A stretch of 64,000 bases of DNA, from NCBI GenBank assembly GCA_050701515.1, contig JBOGDB010000104.1. The stretch is one strand, 5' to 3'. Numbering within the stretch: the stretch's first letter is position 1; each line of letters starts with the position of its first letter. The position numbers and the translations under genes were made by a program. Positions 38,336 to 48,360 of this stretch are shown in pieces. Origin of the DNA: Mycobacterium sp. (GTDB lineage Bacteria; Actinomycetota; Actinomycetes; Mycobacteriales; Mycobacteriaceae). The notes beneath the pieces are model-generated. The model was given only the letters and a program-made list of their open reading frames with translations, searched no databases and was not told the DNA's origin.

Positions 38336-39365
38336 GCTCGCGCCCGCCGCCTGCTCATGCCGGCGTTCAACGGGGCATCGTTACGTGCATACCGCGACCT
38401 CGTCGCTGAAATCGCCCGGGCCGAGGTCGACCGGTGGGCTGCCGCCACGGAAGTGCCTGCGCTCGACCGGATGAACGCGCTGACCCTCGAGGTGATCATG
38501 CGGGTCGTGTTCGGCGTGACCGACGAGCGCACCCGCGAGCAGCTCACGCCTCGATTGCCGCATCGTCGACATCAGCCCAATCGTGTTACTGGGCTGGGTG
38601 ATTCCGAGCCTGAACCGCTTCGGGCCGTGGAAACGCTTCTTCGACAACCAAGCCGAGATCGACAAGCTGCTCTACGCCGAGATCTCCCAACGCCGGTTGG
38701 CGCCGGACCTCCATGAGTGCACCGACGTGTTGTCCCGATTGCTACACGACGGCAGTGAAACTGGTGATGCACCGCTTACCGATAGCGAGCTTCGCGACCA
38801 ACTGGTCACCCTGCTCCTGGCCGGGCATGAAACCACCGCAGCCGCGTTGGCGTGGACGCTGTATGAACTTGCCAACCATCCCGACTTGCAGGATATGGCG
38901 TACGTCGCTGCCCGTGACAACGACGACAAGTTCCTCGAGGCCGCTCTCAAAGAGAGCATGCGCCTGCATCCCGTGATTGCCGCCGCCGCACGCAAACTCA
39001 CCCGCGACCAAGTCATCGGTGGCTGGCACCTACCGGCGGGCATCGTCGTCACGACGTCGATCCTGCTTGCTCACCAACGTGCTGACAACTACCCGGACAC
39101 CTGGACGTACCGGCCCAGCCGGTTCCTCGAGAACGAGGTCGAACCCAATACCTGGCTGCCTTTCGGTGGCGGTGTGCGTCGCTGCATCGGCGCTGGGTTT
39201 TCGATCATGGAGGGCACCGCCGTCCTGCGCGAGATCCTTACCCGCTATGTGCTTGCGGCCGGCGATAAACTCGAACGCGGCCGGGTCCGCAACATCACCA
39301 ACGTTCCACGCGGGCGGGCCCGCATCGCCATCACACCGAGAATCCGCATTTCCACTCATATCTAG
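38336..39365 (+). pseudogene. Cytochrome P450 pseudogene (5' deleted, frameshift near 38558)
   Basis: Begins at ARARRLLMPAFNG. A frame change follows LTPRL. LLAGHETT, ESMR and PFGGGVRRCIG lie in the second frame. Confidence 0.85.
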
Positions 39366-39398
39366 ACGCCCGAACACGTTGTGGGAGAAGGAGACAAG

Positions 39399-40028
39399 AT
39401 GGTTCAGACACAAGCTCGCACCGAGCGGTGGCATCGGTATTGGGACAAGAAGTCTCGCTCGTACGACCGCGAAATGCGGTTCATGGAGAGAGCGCTCTTC
39501 GGCGATTCCCGGCGCTGGGCCTGCTCGCAAGCCAGCGGCGACGTTCTCGAGGTCGCCGTCGGCACCGGGCTCAACTTCGACGCGTACCCAGCGGAGGTAC
39601 GGCTGTCCGGAATCGACCTCAGCGAGCAGATGCTCGAAATCGCCCGCGCCCGCGCCGCCGAACTCGGGCGCGAGGTCGACCTGCGGCAGGGCGACGCACA
39701 TGCGTTGCCCTGCGGTGACGCCACCTTCGACACCGTTGTGTGCACATTCGGGCTGTGCGCCATCCCCGACATCGACGCGGCGCTCGACGAAATGACCCGC
39801 GTGCTGAGGACCGGCGGGAGGCTGATTCTGGTCGACCATGTCGCCAGCTCGTCGAGGGTGGCCCGTGGTGTGCAACGTGCCCTGGAAGTCGTCACGGTTC
39901 CGATGGCCAGCGAGCACTTTCTGCGCCGTCCGCTGTCCAAGCTCGAGCGGCGGCCCTTCACCATCGAGCGGGCCGAACGATTCAAGCTCGGATTGATTGA
40001 ACGCGTCGTCGCCCGTAAGCAGACGTGA
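39399..40028 (+). CDS. Class I SAM-dependent methyltransferase
   Basis: VLEVAVGTG, GIDLS, GDAHALP and FDTVV; RBS AAGGAG. Confidence 0.9.
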   Translation: MVQTQARTERWHRYWDKKSRSYDREMRFMERALFGDSRRWACSQASGDVLEVAVGTGLNFDAYPAEVRLSGIDLSEQMLEIARARAAELGREVDLRQGDAHALPCGDATFDTVVCTFGLCAIPDIDAALDEMTRVLRTGGRLILVDHVASSSRVARGVQRALEVVTVPMASEHFLRRPLSKLERRPFTIERAERFKLGLIERVVARKQT

Positions 40029-40038
40029 CAGGTGTGAC

Positions 40039-42033
40039 CTACATCGGCGCGTTGGCGGGCTGGAACACCCCGGAGCTGTCCGATTCGTCCTCGGCGCGGA
40101 TGACGTGCACCACCGCGTTGATCAGGGCCAGGTGGGTGAACGCCTGCGGGAAGTTGCCGAGGTGCCTGCCGGTGCGTGGTTCGATCTCCTCGGCGTACAG
40201 ATGCAGCGGGCTGGCGAAGGACAGCAGACGTTCGCACAGATGCTTGGCCCGGCTCACCTCACCGATCTCCACCAGCGCCGACACCAGCCAGAACGAGCAG
40301 ATGGTGAAGGTGCCCTCCTCGCCGGAGAGCCCGTCGTCGGTCTCCTCGACGCGGTAGCGCAGCACCAACCCTTCCTCGGTGAGCTCGTCGGCGATGGCCA
40401 GCACGGTGGCGCGCACCCGCGGGTCGTCGGAAGGCAGGAACCGGGTCAGCACCGCCAGCAGCAGTGAGGCGTCCAGCCCGTCGTGGCCGTAGCGCTGGAC
40501 CAGCACGCCGCGGGAATCGACGCCGTTGGCCAGCACGTCGGCCTTGATCTCCTGGGCGATCGCGCGCCACTGCTGGGCGTAACTCTTCTCGCCCTGAAGC
40601 TCGGCCAGCTTGGAGCCGCGATCCAGGGCCACCCAACACATGATCTTCGACGAGGTGAAGTGCTGCGGTTCGCCGCGCACCTCCCAGATCCCGCGGTCGG
40701 GTTCCTTCCAGTGCTTTATCGCTTCTTCCACCTGTTGCTTCAACACCGGCCACAGGGTGTCGGAAATCTGCTCGCGCGACTTGGCGTGCAGGTACACCGA
40801 GTCGAGCATGGTGCCCCAGATGTCGTGCTGACGCTGGTTGTAGGCACCGTTGCCGATCCGCACCGGACGGGCGTTGTCATAGCCGGACAGGTGGTGCAAC
40901 TCCTCTTCGACCAGGCTGCGTTCGCCGCCAACGGCATACATCACCTGTAGTGGATGGCGTTCACCGTTGTTGGCACCGGATACGTCGGCGATGAACGCGA
41001 AGAAGTCGTCGGCCTCGCGATCAAGCCCGAGTGTGTACAAACCCCACAGCGCGAATGTGGAGTCGCGCACCCACGCGTAGCGGTAATCCCAATTTCGTTC
41101 GCCCTGCGGGGTTTCCGGCAACGATGTGGTCGGCGCCGCCAGCAGGGCGCCGGTTGGCGAGTATGTCAGTCCCTTCAGCGTGAGCGCACTGCGCTGCAGG
41201 TAGGACCGCCACGGGTGGTCCGGGAAGTCCCCGATGTTGATCCACTGCCGCCAGCACTCACTGGTCTGCCACATCTTGTCGGCCGCCTCGTCATAGGTCT
41301 GCGGCACCGGGTGCTTGGACCAGCTCAGTGCGACGAAAACGTTGTCGCCTTCCTTCATTCGCGTACGCGCCCGCGCCTCGCGGCCCTCCAACCCGATGCG
41401 CAGGTTGGTGGTCAGCCGCATCGTCGGGTGCGAGTCCGGATCCTTGCTCCCCCGTGCGATCGCCTCGCCGTATGCCTGGGCGGAGTACTCCCAGGTACCG
41501 CTCACTCGGTGATAGTCGAACGAGGCCTCGCAGTTCATCACCAGTTCGACTGTGCCGCTGACACATCGCACGGTGCGCAGCAGGATGTGCTCGGCGTCCC
41601 AATCCATCGGGGTGCGGCGGTGGGTGCGCGACCGCGATTCGATGTCATGCCACGGGCCCATCACCAACGCGTCGCGCACAATCACCCAGCCGGTATGGGT
41701 CTGCCACGTGGTCTCCAGGATCAGGCTGCCGGGAAGGTAGCGACGGGCGGCCGGCACCGAGACGCCGTAGGGCCCCAGCCGGAAGTGTCCGGCGCTGCGG
41801 TCCAGAATCGCGCCGAAAACGCTCGGCGAGTCCGGGCGCGGCACGCACAGCCACTCCACCGAACCGGCAGACGAGATCAGGCAAGTGGTCTCACAGTCCG
41901 AGAGGAATGCGTAATCGGCGATCGGCGGGAACGGGTTCCGCAACGACCCGCTCGGCGCGTACGGCACCGGTGCCGTCACGGTGAACGACGTGGCGTCGGC
42001 CCCGTCGGCGGGTTCGGTCTGTTGCAGGACCAT
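40039..42033 (-). CDS. Glycoside hydrolase family 15, trehalase (Rv2402-like)
   Basis: WDYRYAWVRDS, GIWEVRG and GNFPQAFTH. Confidence 0.9.
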   Translation of the reverse strand: MVLQQTEPADGADATSFTVTAPVPYAPSGSLRNPFPPIADYAFLSDCETTCLISSAGSVEWLCVPRPDSPSVFGAILDRSAGHFRLGPYGVSVPAARRYLPGSLILETTWQTHTGWVIVRDALVMGPWHDIESRSRTHRRTPMDWDAEHILLRTVRCVSGTVELVMNCEASFDYHRVSGTWEYSAQAYGEAIARGSKDPDSHPTMRLTTNLRIGLEGREARARTRMKEGDNVFVALSWSKHPVPQTYDEAADKMWQTSECWRQWINIGDFPDHPWRSYLQRSALTLKGLTYSPTGALLAAPTTSLPETPQGERNWDYRYAWVRDSTFALWGLYTLGLDREADDFFAFIADVSGANNGERHPLQVMYAVGGERSLVEEELHHLSGYDNARPVRIGNGAYNQRQHDIWGTMLDSVYLHAKSREQISDTLWPVLKQQVEEAIKHWKEPDRGIWEVRGEPQHFTSSKIMCWVALDRGSKLAELQGEKSYAQQWRAIAQEIKADVLANGVDSRGVLVQRYGHDGLDASLLLAVLTRFLPSDDPRVRATVLAIADELTEEGLVLRYRVEETDDGLSGEEGTFTICSFWLVSALVEIGEVSRAKHLCERLLSFASPLHLYAEEIEPRTGRHLGNFPQAFTHLALINAVVHVIRAEDESDSSGVFQPANAPM

Positions 42034-42100
42034 GCGGACATCATCGGCTCCCGACCGCCCCGGCGTCTACTTGTCGCCGGGCGTGTCCGGGATTGCCGAC

Positions 42101-43324
42101 TCAGCGGCGGGCATACCCGGGCACGCGCTCCGGCAAAGGTCCGATTGCGATCGCGTACCCGACGAGCCGCCGCAGCGCGGCAATTTTGCTGACCATCCGC
42201 ACCGCCAGCGGCGGTTTAACGTCTCTATCAGCGGAGACGGCAACCGCTATGACCTTGGCGTGAATGATGCGCTGGACGCCCTGCGCCAGGGCGGCCGGGC
42301 CCCACCGGCGCGCCTGGACCCGGGCCAGCCGCCGCCTCGATACCCGTCCGGCCTGCAGCGGTCCGGCGAGTATCCGGGCAGCCGCGACCGCGTCGGCTAC
42401 CGCGAGGTTGATGCCGACCCCACCCACCGGCGACATCGCGTGCGCCGCGTCCCCGATCAGCAGCATTCCGTCGACGTACCACCGCCTCAGCCGATTGAGC
42501 TGCACATCGAGCAGTTTGACGTCGTCGAAGGATGTCAACGCGTCCACCCGGCCGGCCAGCCACGGCACCAATGACACCACCCCGCGGTGAAGCTCGTCGA
42601 TGCCGCGGGCGCGCAGCGCGGCGTCGCGGCCCTTCGGGATCACATACGCGCACTGGAAGTAGTCGCCGCGATCGATGGCGATGCATGCGTGCCCGGTGCC
42701 AAGCACACCGGAAAGGCCGTGCGGGTCCTCCGGATTGCGCGGCAGCCGGAACCACCACACGTCCATCGGCGCGCCAAAGCTGCGCGGTTGCAGGCCCGTA
42801 GTCGTGCGCAGGGTCGAAGAGCGACCGTCGCAGGCCACCGTCAGATCGGCGTGCATCGTTTGGGTTTCTCCCGCCGCATCCCGGTAGCTGACGCCGATCA
42901 CCCTGTCCCCGCTGCGAATCGGCGCGAGCACCTCGGTGCTGCGGAGCAATCGAAACGTCGGTTCGGCCTCTGCGGCTGTCGCCAACAGCTCGAGGAAGTC
43001 CCACTGCGGTACCAACGCGATGTGCTTGTGCGCTCCCGGGAGCCGACTAAGGTCGATATTGACCGGTGCGCCTTGGATTTTGAACCCGAGCGTATCGATT
43101 TCCCGGTGCGGCAGTCGCGCGAACTGACCGCCCAGGCCCAGCTCGTCGAGTAGCCGCAACGTGCTGGCATGCACCGTGTCGCCGCGAAAGTCACGTAGGA
43201 AGTCGGCGTGCTTCTCCATCACCGTTACACCGACGCCGGCGCGGGCGAGTAGCAGGCCGAGCATGATTCCCGCTGGACCGCCGCCCGCGACGACACAAGT
43301 GGTTCTGTCCGCCTCGTCCGGCAT
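42101..43324 (-). CDS. FAD-dependent oxidoreductase (UbiH-like)
   Basis: GGGPAG, ACDGRSS and IGDAAHAMSPVGGVGINLA. Confidence 0.9.
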   Translation of the reverse strand: MPDEADRTTCVVAGGGPAGIMLGLLLARAGVGVTVMEKHADFLRDFRGDTVHASTLRLLDELGLGGQFARLPHREIDTLGFKIQGAPVNIDLSRLPGAHKHIALVPQWDFLELLATAAEAEPTFRLLRSTEVLAPIRSGDRVIGVSYRDAAGETQTMHADLTVACDGRSSTLRTTTGLQPRSFGAPMDVWWFRLPRNPEDPHGLSGVLGTGHACIAIDRGDYFQCAYVIPKGRDAALRARGIDELHRGVVSLVPWLAGRVDALTSFDDVKLLDVQLNRLRRWYVDGMLLIGDAAHAMSPVGGVGINLAVADAVAAARILAGPLQAGRVSRRRLARVQARRWGPAALAQGVQRIIHAKVIAVAVSADRDVKPPLAVRMVSKIAALRRLVGYAIAIGPLPERVPGYARR

Positions 43325-43356
43325 TCGGCCATCTTCGCATCGAATAGTCTGGCCGG

Positions 43357-43551
43357 GTGGATGGGTTCCTCAACTGGTGGGACGGGGTTGAGCTCTGGCT
43401 CTCCGGCCTGCCGTTTATCGCCCAGACCGCGGTCGTGATGCCGGTGGTGTTGGCACTGGCGTACGGGATGGCTGTGCTGCTCGACGGGGCGTTGGGCAAC
43501 GGGATCCGGCTGCTGCGTCGGATCCGGCGCCAAAACCAGGACCGCGGGTGA
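43357..43551 (+). CDS. Small membrane protein (Rv2401A-like)
   Basis: WWDGVELWLSGLPF; synteny upstream of subI. Confidence 0.75.
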   Translation: MDGFLNWWDGVELWLSGLPFIAQTAVVMPVVLALAYGMAVLLDGALGNGIRLLRRIRRQNQDRG

Positions 43552-43556
43552 CCGGG

Positions 43557-43634
43557 ATGCCCCGATCACGGGTGACGTTGGTGCTGGTCATCCTGGTGAT
43601 CTTGGTGATCGTCATGTGGCTGATTACTCGTTAA
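43557..43634 (+). CDS. 25-aa single-TM small protein (not in ORF track)
   Basis: MPRSRVTLVLVILVILVIVMWLITR, with GC3-rich codons, 5 nt after the Rv2401A-like stop. Confidence 0.55.
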   Translation: MPRSRVTLVLVILVILVIVMWLITR

Positions 43635-43687
43635 GTCGGCTAAGCCCCAACTCAGCGATACTCGGTGACTCTGTTATTCTTCGCGCC

Positions 43688-43780
43688 ATGCACGCAGCGT
43701 CCGGCAGCACCGAGGGCCATATCTTGGCACTCATTGCCGTGGGTAATTGCGCTGTTGCAGACGTCGACTGTTGTCGCTGA
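43688..43780 (+). CDS. Leaderless Cys-rich leader peptide upstream of subI (Ms4533A-like attenuator)
   Basis: MHAASGSTEGHILALIAVGNCAVADVDCCR; -10 TATTCT lies 7 nt before the ATG. Confidence 0.8.
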   Translation: MHAASGSTEGHILALIAVGNCAVADVDCCR

Positions 43781-43847
43781 CTCCACACCCGTCCGCGGTT
43801 TGGTGTCGGTAGCGGCTGTCTCCGTGCGCTCAAGTACTGATACTTCG

Positions 43848-43893
43848 CCTTGCCGTCGTGATGGGACCTATACCCATCGGTTCTCCGGCAAGG
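43848..43893 (+). promoter_or_regulatory. Nested hairpin abutting and partly pairing the subI Shine-Dalgarno
   Basis: CCTTGCCG (43848-55) pairs with CGGCAAGG (43886-93); inner GATGGG (43860-65) pairs with CCCATC (43873-78). Confidence 0.6.
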
Positions 43894-43904
43894 AAAGGCC
43901 ACCA

Positions 43905-44930
43905 ATGAACATCCGCAAGACATGGCTTCATGCCGCCGCCCTCGCCACCACCGCGGCCCTGCTGGCCGCCTGCGGCGGCGGCTCCAGCGACATTCCCGGG
44001 GCCGACCCTCAGTCGGGTGCCGAAACCGCCCTGACGCTGGTCGCCTACGCCGTGCCTCAGCCGGGCTGGAGCAAGATCATTCCGGCGTTCGCCGCCACGG
44101 AGGAGGGCAATGACGTCGCGGTCACCGCTTCCTACGGCGCCTCCGGTGACCAGTCACGTTCCGTCGTCGACGGCAAGCCCGCCGATATCGTCAACTTCTC
44201 GGTGGAACCGGACCTCACCCGCCTGGTCGAGGCCGGCAAGGTGGCCGAGGACTGGAACGCCGATGTCACCAGGGGCATCCCGTTCGGGTCGGTGGTTTCG
44301 CTGGTGGTCCGCGACGGCAACCCGAAGAACATCAAAGATTGGGACGACTTGCTGCAGCCGGGGCTGGAAGTCGTCACCCCGAGCCCGCTGAGTTCCGGCT
44401 CGGCCAAGTGGAATCTGTTGGCGCCCTACGCCGCGAAGAGCAACGGCGGCCAGAACCAGCAGGCCGGACTGGATTTCGTCAACAAGCTGGTGACCGAGCA
44501 CGTCAAGACGCGCCCCAGCTCGGGACGGGAAGCCACCGATCAGTTCCTGCAGGGCACCGGCGACGTGCTGATCAGCTACGAGAACGAGGCGATCTACGTC
44601 GAGCGGCAGGGCAAGCCGGTCGAGCACGTCATCCCCCCGCAGACGTTCAAGATCGAGAACCCGGTCGCCATCGTGACCTCCACTGCCCACCTGGACCAGG
44701 CGACCGCACTGAAGAATTTCCTCTACACCCCCGAGGGTCAGAAGATCTGGGCGCAGGCGGGGTTTCGGCCGGTCGACCCGTCCGTTGCGGAGGACTTCGC
44801 GACGGATTTCCCGACGCCGCAGAAGCTGTGGAGCATCGCCGACCTCGGCGGATGGAGTGCTGTCGATCCTGCGTTGTTCGATAAGGACAACGGAAGCATC
44901 GCGAAGATCTACAAGCAGGCGACTGGATGA
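43905..44930 (+). CDS. subI: Sulfate ABC transporter substrate-binding lipoprotein
   Basis: Lipobox LLAAC, SYGASGDQSR, SSGSAKWN and DVLISYENEA. Confidence 0.93.
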   Translation: MNIRKTWLHAAALATTAALLAACGGGSSDIPGADPQSGAETALTLVAYAVPQPGWSKIIPAFAATEEGNDVAVTASYGASGDQSRSVVDGKPADIVNFSVEPDLTRLVEAGKVAEDWNADVTRGIPFGSVVSLVVRDGNPKNIKDWDDLLQPGLEVVTPSPLSSGSAKWNLLAPYAAKSNGGQNQQAGLDFVNKLVTEHVKTRPSSGREATDQFLQGTGDVLISYENEAIYVERQGKPVEHVIPPQTFKIENPVAIVTSTAHLDQATALKNFLYTPEGQKIWAQAGFRPVDPSVAEDFATDFPTPQKLWSIADLGGWSAVDPALFDKDNGSIAKIYKQATG

Positions 44931-45766
44931 TAGCTGCTCTGGATCCCGAGGGGCCTCGGGGCTTTTTCAAGAGCCGATACGGCAGCACGTCGCTGCGGGT
45001 CGGTGTCGCGACCACCTGGCTTTCCATCATCGTGCTGCTGCCGTTGGCCGCGATCGTGTGGCAGTCCGCAGGCGGGGGGTGGCACGAGTTTGTCGACGCG
45101 GTGACGTCGAACGCGTCGCTGGCGTCGTTCCGGGTCACGCTGACCATCTCGTTCTCGGTCGCGGTGATCAACCTGTTCTTCGGCCTGCTGGTGGCCTGGG
45201 TGCTGACGCGAGACGAGTTCCCGGGCAAACCGCTGGTGGACGCGATCATCGACCTGCCGTTCGCGCTGCCCACAATTGTGGCCAGCCTGGTGATGCTGGC
45301 CCTCTACGGGCCCAGCAGTCCGGTCGGGATCCACCTGCAGCACACCAAGTGGGGCGTGGGCATCGCGCTGCTGTTCGTCACCCTGCCGTTCGTGGTGCGA
45401 TCGGTGCAGCCGGTGCTGCTCGAATTGGACCGCGAGATCGAGGAGGCCGCGGCGTCGTTGGGGGCCAACAACCGCACCATCTTCACCCTCGTGATCCTTC
45501 CGGCGTTGCTGCCGTCATTGCTTTCCGGTGCGGGCCTGGCGTTTTCCCGCGCCATCGGGGAGTACGGCTCGGTCGTGCTGATCGGTGGCGCCGTCCCCGG
45601 CGAGACCGAGGTGTCGTCGCAGTGGATCCGGACGTTGATCGAGAACGACGACCGCACCGGCGCCGCCGCTGTCTCGATTGTGCTGCTCGCGATTTCGTTT
45701 GCCGTGCTGTTCATACTGCGCAGCATCGGGTCGCGAGCGGCCAAGCGTGAGGAATTGGCGCAGTGA
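44927..45766 (+). CDS. cysT: Sulfate ABC permease
   Basis: IIDLPFALPTIV and EEAAASLGA. Confidence 0.93.
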   Translation: MIAALDPEGPRGFFKSRYGSTSLRVGVATTWLSIIVLLPLAAIVWQSAGGGWHEFVDAVTSNASLASFRVTLTISFSVAVINLFFGLLVAWVLTRDEFPGKPLVDAIIDLPFALPTIVASLVMLALYGPSSPVGIHLQHTKWGVGIALLFVTLPFVVRSVQPVLLELDREIEEAAASLGANNRTIFTLVILPALLPSLLSGAGLAFSRAIGEYGSVVLIGGAVPGETEVSSQWIRTLIENDDRTGAAAVSIVLLAISFAVLFILRSIGSRAAKREELAQ

Positions 45767-46575
45767 ACCCATCGCCAGCCGTTCGCTACCTCGCCCGTTA
45801 CGTCGCGCTGGGCTACCTGCTCCTGCTGCTGATCGTTCCGGTTGGGCTGATCCTGTGGCGCACGTTCTCGCCCGGGGTCGGCGTGTTCTTCGAGTCCATC
45901 AGCACCCCGGCCGCCGTGTCGGCGCTACACCTGTCGCTGCTGGTGGTCGCGATTGTGGTACCGCTCAATGTGCTGTTCGGTGTGCCGACCGCGCTTGTGC
46001 TGGCGCGCAATAGATTCCGCGGCAAGACCCTGCTGCAGGCGGTCATCGACCTGCCGTTCGCGGTGTCACCCGTCGTCGTGGGCGTGGCTCTGATCCTGTT
46101 GTGGGGATCGGCAGGCGCCCTCGGGTTCGTGGAGAACGACCTCGGGTTCAAGATCATCTTCGGTTTTCCGGGCATCGTGCTGGCCAGCATCTTCGTCACT
46201 GTGCCGTTCGTCATTCGCGAGGTCGAACCGGTGCTGCACGAGTTGGGCACCGACCAGGAGGAAGCCGCCGCGACGTTGGGGTCCAGCTGGTGGCAGACGT
46301 TCTGGCGGATCACCCTGCCGTCCATCCGGTGGGGCCTGATGTACGGCGTCGTGCTCACGGTCGCACGCACCCTCGGTGAGTTCGGCGCCGTGATCATGGT
46401 GTCATCCAACCTGCCGGGGACGTCGCAGACCCTGACGCTGTTGGTGTCGGATCGGCACAACCGCGGCTACGAATACGGCGCGTACGCCATCTCAACGTTG
46501 CTCATGACGGTGGCGGTGATCGTGCTGATCGTCCAGGTGGTCCTCGACGCCCGCCGCCCGAAAACGGACAATTAG
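45763..46575 (+). CDS. cysW: Sulfate ABC permease
   Basis: [19 protein letters not shown] and [10 protein letters not shown]. Confidence 0.93.
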   Translation: MNPSPAVRYLARYVALGYLLLLLIVPVGLILWRTFSPGVGVFFESISTPAAVSALHLSLLVVAIVVPLNVLFGVPTALVLARNRFRGKTLLQAVIDLPFAVSPVVVGVALILLWGSAGALGFVENDLGFKIIFGFPGIVLASIFVTVPFVIREVEPVLHELGTDQEEAAATLGSSWWQTFWRITLPSIRWGLMYGVVLTVARTLGEFGAVIMVSSNLPGTSQTLTLLVSDRHNRGYEYGAYAISTLLMTVAVIVLIVQVVLDARRPKTDN

Positions 46576-46594
46576 GCCTCAGGAGAACGCTGAC

Positions 46595-47659
46595 ATGACG
46601 AATGCGATCACGGTGCGGGGCGCGAACAAGCACTACGGGGACTTCGCCGCGCTGGACAACGTCGACTTCGACGTGCCGTCCGGCTCGCTGACCGCACTGC
46701 TGGGTCCCAGCGGGTCGGGGAAGTCGACGCTGCTGCGCACCATCGCCGGCCTGGATCAGCCCGACACCGGGACGATCACCATCAATGGCCGCGACGTGAC
46801 GCACATTCCGCCGCAACGGCGCGGCATCGGCTTCGTGTTCCAGCACTATGCGGCGTTCAAGCATCTGACGGTCCGGGACAACGTCGGCTTCGGTCTGCGC
46901 ATCCGCAAGCTGCCGAAGGCCGAGGTCAAGGAGAAGGTGGACAACCTGCTCGAGGTGGTCGGCCTGAGTGGTTTCCAGACTCGCTATCCGAACCAGCTGT
47001 CGGGCGGCCAGCGCCAGCGCATGGCGCTGGCGCGCGCGCTCGCGGTCGACCCACAGGTGCTGCTGCTCGACGAACCATTCGGCGCGCTGGACGCGAAGGT
47101 CCGCCAGGATCTACGGGCCTGGTTGCGCCGGCTGCACGACGAGGTGCACGTCACCACCGTGCTGGTCACCCACGACCAGTCCGAAGCGCTCGACGTCGCC
47201 GACCGGATCGCGGTGCTGAACAAGGGCAGCATCGAGCAGATCGGTTCCCCGACAGACGTTTACGACAAACCGGCCAACGCGTTCGTGATGTCTTTCCTTG
47301 GTGCGGTGTCGTCGCTCAACGGCAACTTGGTTCGGCCGCACGACATTCGCGTCGGCCGCACCCCCGACATGGCGATCGCGGCCAGCGACGGTTCGGTACA
47401 GGAGACCGGCGTGCTCCGGGCCAGCATCGACCGAATTGTCATGCTGGGCTTCGAGGTTCGCGTCGAGCTCACCAGCGCGACGAACAACACGCAGTTCACC
47501 GCGCAGATCACCCGCGGCGACGCCGAGGCGCTGGGCCTCAAAGAAGGTGACACCGTCTACGTTCGGGCCACCCGGGTGCCGTCGCTGCCGGGCGGCGGCG
47601 ACGTACCGAAGGCCGACACGGCCGACGAGGACGAGGCGCTGACGAACGCGGGAGGTTAG
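46595..47659 (+). CDS. cysA: Sulfate ABC ATP-binding protein
   Basis: [17 protein letters not shown] and LLLDEPF. Confidence 0.93.
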   Translation: MTNAITVRGANKHYGDFAALDNVDFDVPSGSLTALLGPSGSGKSTLLRTIAGLDQPDTGTITINGRDVTHIPPQRRGIGFVFQHYAAFKHLTVRDNVGFGLRIRKLPKAEVKEKVDNLLEVVGLSGFQTRYPNQLSGGQRQRMALARALAVDPQVLLLDEPFGALDAKVRQDLRAWLRRLHDEVHVTTVLVTHDQSEALDVADRIAVLNKGSIEQIGSPTDVYDKPANAFVMSFLGAVSSLNGNLVRPHDIRVGRTPDMAIAASDGSVQETGVLRASIDRIVMLGFEVRVELTSATNNTQFTAQITRGDAEALGLKEGDTVYVRATRVPSLPGGGDVPKADTADEDEALTNAGG

Positions 47660-48360
47660 GCCGCCGACCGGGCGGCCAGCGCCTGATCGAAGCGATCCAA
47701 CACGGTTTCGGCCACCAACGGGTGCGCGCCCAACGGTTCGGCCATCGCAATCCCGTTGGCGTGCGCGAAGTTCGCCACCCGGTCGGTGATCCGCCCGTGC
47801 GCCAGGAACCACGGCGCAATTACAAGGCGGTTGGCGCCACGGCGGCGCAACCGATGCGCGGCGGCTGCAATAGACGGTCGCGGCCCGGTGGCGAATGCGG
47901 TGATCGCGCCCGCCCAACGGGTTTCGGCCGCCAGCGCCGGTGCGATGCGCGCCGTCCGCGCGTTGACCGCGTCCCATGACGAGCCGACGGCGACCACCAG
48001 CACGCCAAGTTCCGGATCGTCGTGCGAGACGCTGGCCGCGGCGAGCCGCTGATGCATGACCTGCACCAGCCGCTCGTCCTCACCCAGCACATCGGCCTGC
48101 AGCACATGCGCTCCGGCATCGGCGATCAGCGCCGGGATGTCCACCCGGGCGTGATAGGCGCTGGCCAGCAGCAGCGGCGTGACGACGGCACCGGGCGCAC
48201 GGGCGAGCACGTCACGCAGATTCGGCGACGTCTGCTCGCAGAACGCCGGGCGCACGTCCAGCTCGGGGCGCAGCCTGCGGATCTCCTCGGCCACGGCGTG
48301 CACCGTTACCGGGGATCGCGGATCGGCGCTGCCGTGCGCCGTCAGGACGAGTGGCTTCAC
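47656..48360 (-). CDS. Sirohydrochlorin chelatase (CbiX/SirB, Che1-like)
   Basis: AHGSADP and [15 protein letters not shown] 48360 overlaps the cysH stop. Confidence 0.88.
   Translation of the reverse strand: MKPLVLTAHGSADPRSPVTVHAVAEEIRRLRPELDVRPAFCEQTSPNLRDVLARAPGAVVTPLLLASAYHARVDIPALIADAGAHVLQADVLGEDERLVQVMHQRLAAASVSHDDPELGVLVVAVGSSWDAVNARTARIAPALAAETRWAGAITAFATGPRPSIAAAAHRLRRRGANRLVIAPWFLAHGRITDRVANFAHANGIAMAEPLGAHPLVAETVLDRFDQALAARSAA

Noticed and set aside
37985-38716. 243-aa ORF read as a novel fusion protein
   Set aside because: It is antisense TetR sequence joined to a P450 fragment by the deletion, ending after a frameshift.
28336-40038. Prophage or integrative-element call for the accessory block
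   Set aside because: No integrase, transposase, tRNA target or boundary repeats were found by eye.
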